This document shows, piece after piece, positions 16,929-23,447 of a stretch of 24,000 nucleotides of DNA; the first letter of the stretch is position 1, and each line of letters starts with the position of its first letter. The DNA is from Velocimicrobium sp. (lineage in GTDB: Bacteria > Bacillota > Clostridia > Lachnospirales > Lachnospiraceae), in the NCBI GenBank assembly GCA_041821315.1, contig JBGUEO010000014.1, positions 7,888 to 31,887 on the forward strand, read 5' to 3'. The notes below the pieces were generated by a model. It did no database searches. It worked only from the letters and a program-made list of their open reading frames with translations, and was not told the DNA's origin. Position numbers and translations under genes: made by a program.

Positions 16929-17738
16929 TTACTTATTTAGTTTATTCACTTCGATATTTAATATTGCAAAAGCTTCAGATAATGCATCGCTCAGTGTTGA
17001 TCTTGTCCGAATTGTTTCCATATTAATTCCAAGTTGTAATATCGTCTGTGCCACAGCCGGTGATATTCCTGAGATGATACATTCGCACCCCATTAATTTC
17101 GTTGCCTTTGTTATTTTAATCAAATGATTGGCAACTGCTGTATCAACCGCTGCAACTCCATGAATATCCAATATAATGACTTTAGAATATGTTTCCTCAA
17201 TTTTATTTAGCATGCTTTCCATCATATGCTGTGCTCTCATTGAATCAACTACGCCAACCACTGGTTGTACCAAAACCCCTTCCCAAAGTTTAATCGTTGG
17301 AGTGGACATCTGTCGTATCGTATTGCTCTGTTCACGCAGTCTTTCCTCATAACGTACCTGTTCGGTAATGTCTAAAATATATTCTAACCCACCAATAATC
17401 TCATCGTTATCATCTTTTAATGGTACTGCATGATATTCAATTGGTATTTTGTTATTCCCAATTGTGATTTCATTACGCGCAGAAAAGGATTTTTTATTCT
17501 CAAGGGCTTTTTTTACATAACAGTTATCAGAACCACAATGAAGAAAGTTAAACACCTCAAAACATTTCTTACCAACAATATCATCCAACTCTTTGTTCCA
17601 AAGCTTTGTTCCTGCTTCGTTGATGTACATAATCTCCAAATCCTTATTAACAGCCATAACTGGGTTTGGGATTTGATTCAGTATTTGATCTCTTAGTTTT
17701 GAATCTGCTATAACTGTTTCTTTTTCATTTGCTTTCAT
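16929..17738 (-). CDS. RsbR-like stressosome sensor: N-terminal PAS domain plus C-terminal STAS domain
   Basis: The C-terminal 120 aa align by eye with the RsbR C-terminus (STPTIKLWEGVLVQPVVGVVDSMRAQ...ILDIHGVAAVDTAVANHL...LMGCECIISGISPAVAQTILQLGI). The N-terminal 130 aa have a PAS pattern (PNPVMAVNKDLEIMYINEAG...DITEQ). AGGAGG SD 5 nt upstream. Confidence 0.85.
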   Translation of the reverse strand: MKANEKETVIADSKLRDQILNQIPNPVMAVNKDLEIMYINEAGTKLWNKELDDIVGKKCFEVFNFLHCGSDNCYVKKALENKKSFSARNEITIGNNKIPIEYHAVPLKDDNDEIIGGLEYILDITEQVRYEERLREQSNTIRQMSTPTIKLWEGVLVQPVVGVVDSMRAQHMMESMLNKIEETYSKVIILDIHGVAAVDTAVANHLIKITKATKLMGCECIISGISPAVAQTILQLGINMETIRTRSTLSDALSEAFAILNIEVNKLNK

Positions 17739-18067
17739 ACAGACCTCCTATAATATACTTCTTTTATCTTTTTACTATATCAAAACAGAACCGCTCCTGT
17801 TATGCTATCATTTGGCATGTTACTCAAATAATATAGCCTATAACATCTATATTTTCACCAAATTATTAATGGTAATCTTCACGATTCATAATGCTAAGTT
17901 CATGCATCTCTCTATTTTATGCATATAGATTTTATGATAACAGATAAATTTATAAGTACAATGGAACAATTGTTACTGTTTAGGATTAAGTTCCAATAAA
18001 ATAGGCATTAAGAAAGTCCCCCTCTCACTAGATAAATGATGCCTTTCATTTTTGGTATGTTCTACTA

Positions 18068-19000
18068 CTAATCTATATTATATTTTCTTTTAAATTCATT
18101 TACCAGATTACTTGGTACTCTATAATCACTACTCAACACCTGAAACATTTCATATTTTGATAAATAATAAATATCTCGAGGTTTGTATCGGATAAGCGAT
18201 GCATAAAGTGCTTTTAAAAACCACGATACACCCTCATCCTTCAACCCTTTTTGATAATGTGCATAAGCTAAATAAAAAAGTCCATGATGCCCGAGCTCAT
18301 AAGAACTCATCTCAATTTGATATTGATTAAGCTTACATCCTTCCTCAATTACCTTATCTAATTCACCTAAGAGATAATGCAACGTGATTTCACTAATTTT
18401 GACTGCAATTACAACTTGGGCATTCTTTTCAACATTCTGTTTATTAGCGATTATTTCACTCGCTGCTAAAACCGCATATTGGGCATTATCTAAATCCATT
18501 ATCATTTGATAACACGTCGATAATAGAATATAAAATCTTGCAAAACAAATACTCTTCGAGTATTTGGATTCAACATTTTGTATTTTATTCTTTATCTCCT
18601 TTATTGCCTCGCAACATCTTCCCTCTTTTAATGTCATATATGCAATTCTATTGTGGTCTATTTCATAAACCCATGGCTTTCTATGAAAATCTGGCAATAG
18701 AAACGCTTTATCTGTTGCCTCTTGCAATGCATCCATATCATTTTCAATTCTATATTTATTAAATCGGCCTATAATTTCCTCGACCTCAATTGGATTGATA
18801 CAGTCAAGATACTCATAATATTTAAATAAATCAACTCCCATTCTATCTCCAAATGCTCTGGATACTTCAACAGAAGGTGTTCTCGTCCCCTTTTCAATCA
18901 AGTAAACATATTTTTCTGAACAAATATTTTCTGATAACTCTTTACGACTTATCCCCATTTTATTGCGATATTCTTTAATTATATTACCAATATAAGCCAT
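18068..19000 (-). CDS. XRE-family HTH regulator with TPR-like C-terminal domain (PlcR/RNPP-like)
   Basis: The N-terminal HTH IKEYRNKMGISRKELSENICSEKYVYLIEKGTRTPSVEV resembles PlcR (LSENICHQSEVSRIESG). The remaining ~240 aa are helical-repeat-like. GGAGAGAAGG SD. Confidence 0.8.
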   Translation of the reverse strand: MAYIGNIIKEYRNKMGISRKELSENICSEKYVYLIEKGTRTPSVEVSRAFGDRMGVDLFKYYEYLDCINPIEVEEIIGRFNKYRIENDMDALQEATDKAFLLPDFHRKPWVYEIDHNRIAYMTLKEGRCCEAIKEIKNKIQNVESKYSKSICFARFYILLSTCYQMIMDLDNAQYAVLAASEIIANKQNVEKNAQVVIAVKISEITLHYLLGELDKVIEEGCKLNQYQIEMSSYELGHHGLFYLAYAHYQKGLKDEGVSWFLKALYASLIRYKPRDIYYLSKYEMFQVLSSDYRVPSNLVNEFKRKYNID

Positions 19001-19343
19001 CCTTCTCTCCTTCTGGATAATGCAATCAATCCATCACAAAATCTTTCTTTCCCATATACTCTGTTAATATTGCACCTATCAAAAATTTACTTAAAATTAA
19101 ACTAAGTACTATTACCAAAATTAATACTCTGATTCCTTTTTCTTTCTTATTTTCAATAGAGAATACTATGATTTATTATATACTATAGTTCTAAAATTTT
19201 TCTAAAACCTGCTATTCTTCTATATTCTTTGTATCACATTTGACAAACATTAAGAATTCCTCCATTATAATGTTTACAAATTAATTTTTTGATGATATTC
19301 TATGCAAGAAAGTATGTGTTAATATGGATGAGGTAAGTTATAA

Positions 19344-20621
19344 ATGAATAAAAACGAAAGTCAAAAAAGTAGTCTTGATTACTATAAATCAATTTTTTTA
19401 GATAATGCAGTTGAATGTGCCTGGGTATACTCTTTAACCGATAAATGTTTTAAATATATCAGTCCATCTGTCTTTAATCTTCGTGGATTTACAGTAGAAG
19501 AGGCAATGAACGAATCTCTTGAAGATTCTTTAACTCCTGAATCATTACAAAAAATCAAAAACTCTGGACTAAAAAGATATCCTCGCTTTATATCTGGAGA
19601 CCGTAGCGAAGAAATTGTTTCTGATATAAGTGAATATGAACAATACTGTAAGGATGGTTCTACAAAGATCATTGAGATTTCTACCAGACTGATTTATAGT
19701 GAAACTACTAACAGTATTGATGTCTTTGGAATTTCTAGAGATATCACAATACGAATACAATACGAAAATGAATTACTAGAAAAATTACGTGAGAAAACAG
19801 AATTACTAGAAAATCGAAAACCTCTCCTTCAAAATGAATTGTTAAATGTCCGTATTTACTTTTTTGATAAGTTTCTAGTATTCGGTGTTAATCAATCAGA
19901 ACCTTTACACTGGCATACATTTAAAAATGAAGAATTATTTGTTTTCTTTCTTTCTCAAGATAGCTCATCAATAAGCAAAGATTTAATATTAGATAATTTA
20001 TGGCCAGATATAGATGCTGAAAAAGCAATTACCTATCTACATAATACTTTATGCTCCATGAAAAAAGATTTAAAAAGTATTGGGATTGATTTCCAAACAA
20101 GATTCAAGAACAATCATTATTTTTTTGAATTTCCAGAATACTATTCTGACATCCAGCATTTTTCCAAAATTATTGAAAACACAGTGTTACCATTTGATAG
20201 TGTAGATGAACACTCAGTCGATTATTTCGAGCAAATATTAAAACTATATACTGGTGATTACCTCCATGTAAATGGCTATTTATGGTCTTTGGCTACTAGC
20301 ACAAAATTAAGTAAACAATTCAAATCTGCTGCTTTGGCATTATCAAGATTTTATTTTTTTAAACATGACTATAGTTCAACAAAAAGAGTTTTATTAAGCA
20401 TTTTAAAAATTGATAATTATGATGAATCTATACATGAATTACTTTTAAAAGTCTATTTACAAGATAACGACTATTCTGCTTTTTTAAATCATTATACAGA
20501 ATTAGAACTTTTTTTATTTTCTGAATGTAATTCGAAGCCCCAAAATTCCATTCAATCTTTGTATAATAACTTCTATTTTGATGCAAAACAATGTACCGAA
20601 AAAGAAGAAGCGCATTTTTAA
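19344..20621 (+). CDS. PAS-SARP fusion regulator (PAS / OmpR-type winged helix / BTAD)
   Basis: N-terminal PAS pattern (aa ~10-135, ending ISRDIT). Then the SARP winged-helix pattern (EELFVFFLSQDSSSISKDLILDNLWPDIDAEKAITYLHNTLCSMKKDL). Then a BTAD/TPR-like tail (LYTGDYL...ESIHELLLKVYLQDNDYSAFLNHY). Confidence 0.75.
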   Translation: MNKNESQKSSLDYYKSIFLDNAVECAWVYSLTDKCFKYISPSVFNLRGFTVEEAMNESLEDSLTPESLQKIKNSGLKRYPRFISGDRSEEIVSDISEYEQYCKDGSTKIIEISTRLIYSETTNSIDVFGISRDITIRIQYENELLEKLREKTELLENRKPLLQNELLNVRIYFFDKFLVFGVNQSEPLHWHTFKNEELFVFFLSQDSSSISKDLILDNLWPDIDAEKAITYLHNTLCSMKKDLKSIGIDFQTRFKNNHYFFEFPEYYSDIQHFSKIIENTVLPFDSVDEHSVDYFEQILKLYTGDYLHVNGYLWSLATSTKLSKQFKSAALALSRFYFFKHDYSSTKRVLLSILKIDNYDESIHELLLKVYLQDNDYSAFLNHYTELELFLFSECNSKPQNSIQSLYNNFYFDAKQCTEKEEAHF

Positions 20622-20685
20622 TTTTTCATTCTGGGTTACCTAGACAAATAATTTAAATAGCTTACGAACAAATTCCACTATAAGC

Positions 20686-20740
20686 AAAAATAAGCTTATT
20701 CAATATCATCATAATGAGATAATTGAATAAGCTTATTTTT
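20686..20740. terminator. Perfect 19-bp inverted repeat (terminator-like hairpin or element boundary)
   Basis: AAAAATAAGCTTATTCAAT (20686-20704) / ATTGAATAAGCTTATTTTT (20722-20740) with a 17-nt loop. It lies 65 nt after the PAS-SARP stop and 24 nt before the transposase-like remnant. The A5/T5 ends give U-tracts on both strands. Confidence 0.55.
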
Positions 20741-20763
20741 ATATTTAAGTTCCTATATTGTAA

Positions 20764-20979
20764 ATGACTAATAAAAGTTTGGATTATGATAAAATCCATG
20801 ATTTTGTCATTCAGTGTCGAAAAAGCGGACTGTCTGATAAACAATGGTGTATTGATAATGATATTTTTCCGAGCACTTTCTATTCTTGAATTCGCAAGTT
20901 GCAAAACCATACATATTACGATTATACAACTGACAAAAATTTTTTCACACTACCTTTGGTTAAATTAAAATTTAATTAA
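20764..20979 (+). pseudogene. Remnant of a transposase-accessory HTH protein (IS66 Orf1/TnpA-like) with an in-frame TGA
   Basis: A frame not reported in the ORF track reads MTNKSLDYDKIHDFVIQCRKSGLSDKQWCIDNDIFPSTFYS*IRKLQNHTYYDYTTDKNFFTLPLVKLKFN*. This matches the pattern I recall for the first ORF of IS66-type elements (SGLS..WC....I....FYYW.RKL......F..LP). TGA at 20887-20889 sits where Trp (TGG) is expected. No SD, and no further IS genes follow. Confidence 0.45.
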
Positions 20980-20995
20980 AAAGACGGCCGAACAG

Positions 20996-21712
20996 CTACT
21001 CCAATTTATTTAAAGAAACTATTTTTTCTTCGTTATCAAAAGAAATATCAATAATCCCTCGTTCCAAATGTTCCAGCATTAGTTCCTTGGCTACCTTTCC
21101 ATTATGTTTTTTTATTACGTCTAACAATAATGTATGATAATAAATACCACTGTAATACCCCAAAGTAAGATTCATAATTTTATATGTCTCTTTCTTTTTA
21201 TCTAATAGATCAGACATAACGTTTATTAATACCGGATTATGCGTTTCAAGACTAAGAGCCATATGAAACTTTATATCCATTTCTACAAATCTTTCACTAT
21301 CATCTTTGCAATCCTGCATCTCTTGCAAATATTCTGTTAATTTATCAATTAATTCCTGTGATGCATCTGGTACAACCTTTGCACAAATCGCAGGTTCTAT
21401 CATACATCTAAATTCAAGCATTGCCTTAATATCATCAAGGCAATCTGATGTACTATACCTGTCACTTCCTGCCCCAAACGCATTAAGATCACAGTTTTTA
21501 ACAAAGCTCCCTTTTCCATGTACACTTTCCAAAATATCTAGTGCGACAAATTGCTGAATAGCACTACGAACCGATACCCTGCTTACGTTTAATTCTCTGC
21601 AAAGTTCATTCTCACTAGGAATTTTTTCTCCCAGTTTCCAGTTCCCCTGTTGTATATTTTTTTTAATATAATAAACCACTTTACTTGTTACCTTGCCTTT
21701 TGTATCCATCAT
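20996..21712 (-). CDS. GntR-family transcriptional regulator (FadR/FCD subfamily)
   Basis: N-terminal wHTH GEKIPSENELCRELNVSRVSVRSAIQQFVALDILESVHGKGSFV. The helical C-terminal FCD-like domain has His residues (FHMALS...HN). Confidence 0.85.
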   Translation of the reverse strand: MMDTKGKVTSKVVYYIKKNIQQGNWKLGEKIPSENELCRELNVSRVSVRSAIQQFVALDILESVHGKGSFVKNCDLNAFGAGSDRYSTSDCLDDIKAMLEFRCMIEPAICAKVVPDASQELIDKLTEYLQEMQDCKDDSERFVEMDIKFHMALSLETHNPVLINVMSDLLDKKKETYKIMNLTLGYYSGIYYHTLLLDVIKKHNGKVAKELMLEHLERGIIDISFDNEEKIVSLNKLE

Positions 21713-21783
21713 GTCCCCCCATTTTACTTTACAACTATCTTTCTATCTATGGTTTTCTTTTTCCTAAGTATGAAACTAGTAAT

Positions 21784-21942
21784 TTATTCTAAATCAGACG
21801 GTTCTAAAATAATCTTTAGCATACCATCCTCTTTTGTTCGAAGCCGTTCAAATGCCTTTGCACCATCTTTCAAAGGTACTTTATTGTTTATAAACAATGT
21901 CATATCAATATTTGTGCCTTCATAGCACCCCTCCAAATGAAA
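21784..21942 (-). pseudogene. C-terminal remnant of a Zn-dependent (MDR) alcohol/polyol dehydrogenase gene
   Basis: An open 52-codon stretch directly after the dgoD stop reads FHLEGCYEGTNIDMTLFINNKVPLKDGAKAFERLRTKEDGMLKIILEPSDLE*. This is the typical last ~45 aa of sorbitol/threonine-dehydrogenase-type enzymes (ID...lI.h.fpL....kAFe......iKv.i.p). The ~300 upstream codons are missing. Confidence 0.5.
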
Positions 21943-21954
21943 TCAACCAATTTT

Positions 21955-23103
21955 TTACCACTCTGCAAAAGAGCCATCGGTATGTCTCCAAATGGGGTTT
22001 TTCCACCTATGAGGTAAAATTCCTTCTTCCTCAACTAACCTCTCATTCACTTCAACTCCAAGCCCTGGCCTTACTGGCAAATTAATATATCCATCCTGAA
22101 AACTAAAATCCTCCGGATTTAGCACATAATCCAATACACCCTTCTCTTGATTATAATGAATTCCCATACTTTGTTCCTGAATAATAGCATTATAACAAGT
22201 TGCATCTAAATTCAAACATGCTGCAAGAGCAATTGGCCCCAGTGGGCAATGCGGAGCTAACGCTATATCATGTGCTTCAGCCATTGATGCAATCTTCTTA
22301 CACTCTGTCAGTCCCCCCGCGTGAGACAAATCTGGCTGAATAATATCTACGCCTCCCATTTGAAATAATCTTTTGTATTCAAATTTAGTGTAAACTCGCT
22401 CACCAGTTGCAATCGGGATATTACATGCTGCCGCAATTTCTGGAAAATACTCCATATTATCACATAATACAGGTTCCTCCAAAAACATTGGATCAAATTC
22501 TTCCAGCTTTTTTGCCACTATTTTTGCCATTGGTTTATGTACCCGTCCATGAAAATCAATTGCAATTCCAAAATCTTTTCCGCACATCTCACGTACTGAT
22601 GCCACACGATCTAAAAGCATACTAATTTTATCATAACTATCTAAGAACTGCAATTCATCCGTACCATTCATCTTAATTGCCTGAAACCCCTTCTGCTTTT
22701 TTTCAAGAGCTAAGCGTCCAACATCAGAAGGTCTGTCACCGCCAATCCAACTATATACCTTCATTTTATTTCTGCAAGATCCACCCATCAGTTGCCATAC
22801 AGGTGTATTAAAATATTTCCCTTTAATATCCCAAAGTGCTTGATCAATCCCCGAGATGGCACTCATCATAATGCCACCACCACGGTAAAATCCACCACGA
22901 TATAGCACAGTCCATATATCTTCAATCTGCATAGGATCTTTACCAATCAGATATTCTTCCATTTCTTTAATACAGGCACAGACCGTTTCCACCCGTCCTT
23001 CCAAAACAGGTTCTCCCCAGCCTTCATATCCATTATCTGTTATAATTTTTACAAATGCCCACCGTGGTCTTACAATCCAAGTCTTAATCTGTCTTATCTT
23101 CAT
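21955..23103 (-). CDS. dgoD: D-galactonate dehydratase (enolase superfamily)
   Basis: 382 aa, colinear and highly similar over its full length to E. coli DgoD as I recall it (MKI..I......PRW.F.KI.TD.G..GWGEPV.EGR...SAI.GIDQALWDIKGK....PVWQLMGG...PDLSHAGG.TEC.KIA.MAEA.D..LAPHCPLGPIALAACL...WRNP.WRH.D.S.AEW). AAAGGAG SD. Confidence 0.92.
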   Translation of the reverse strand: MKIRQIKTWIVRPRWAFVKIITDNGYEGWGEPVLEGRVETVCACIKEMEEYLIGKDPMQIEDIWTVLYRGGFYRGGGIMMSAISGIDQALWDIKGKYFNTPVWQLMGGSCRNKMKVYSWIGGDRPSDVGRLALEKKQKGFQAIKMNGTDELQFLDSYDKISMLLDRVASVREMCGKDFGIAIDFHGRVHKPMAKIVAKKLEEFDPMFLEEPVLCDNMEYFPEIAAACNIPIATGERVYTKFEYKRLFQMGGVDIIQPDLSHAGGLTECKKIASMAEAHDIALAPHCPLGPIALAACLNLDATCYNAIIQEQSMGIHYNQEKGVLDYVLNPEDFSFQDGYINLPVRPGLGVEVNERLVEEEGILPHRWKNPIWRHTDGSFAEW

Positions 23104-23430
23104 CCATAAGCTCCTTTAGCCTGTTCAATTTTTAATAAAATTGATTTTATTTGTTCTGAACAGCCTTGCCAGTCACATTCTTTAACTAATTCCTTTGGAT
23201 ACAAACTGCTGGGAATAGTTTCATGAACAGAAGGGGCTAATAAAAAACACTCGCATCTTTTCCAAACGGCTAAACCAAGACACATTGTGTCCACGTTTAG
23301 CCAAACCAATTGCAGTGTTACTCTTTGCACCTGCCACTTTCATATGATATTTAGATACATAACGCAGCGGATTATTGGAATCTGGAAGAAATGCCGTCAT
23401 TGTTTCACCTATAGTAATTACATAATTCAT
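23100..23430 (-). pseudogene. Degraded PfkB-family sugar-acid kinase (KDG/2-keto-3-deoxy-gluconate or -galactonate kinase type)
   Basis: The first ~55 codons (MNYVITIGETMTAFLPDSNNPLRYVSKYHMKVAGAKSNTAIGLAKRGHNVSWFSRL) match the PfkB kinase N-terminus, with intact GGAAGG SD and ATG. The reading frame breaks near 23270. Only 331 nt are present, versus roughly 1 kb for an intact kinase. The 3' piece keeps an ATGA overlap with dgoD. Confidence 0.55.
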
Positions 23431-23447
23431 ACTATATTGCCTTCCAT

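Noticed and set aside
15489-17738. Expectation that rsbV-rsbW-sigB (or rsbU) would accompany the RsbRSTX-like genes
   Set aside because: I searched the translated ORFs for a single-domain anti-anti-sigma STAS, a second RsbW-type kinase, sigma-70 region 2/4 motifs or an RsbU-type PP2C with an N-terminal helical domain. None is present in this window. Presence elsewhere in the genome cannot be judged from here.
18062-18070. Three consecutive in-frame TAG stop codons ending the PlcR-like gene
   Set aside because: Tandem stops occur by chance in AT-rich genomes and only provide fail-safe termination. There is no sign of recoding.
19240-19271. Consensus-looking TTGACA ... TATAAT pair upstream of the PAS-SARP gene
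   Set aside because: The spacer is 20 nt (19246-19265), too long for a normal sigma-A promoter. I left it unannotated rather than force it.
19382-19760. 96-aa and 63-aa minus-strand ORFs inside the PAS-SARP gene
   Set aside because: They are antisense to a 425-aa ORF with clear domain patterns, and they have no SD or motif.
20662-20968. Track ORFs 20662-20910 (-) and 20786-20968 (+)
   Set aside because: Both have nonsensical composition. The remaining + frame gives a recognisable transposase-accessory HTH pattern, so I interpret the region as that pseudogene.
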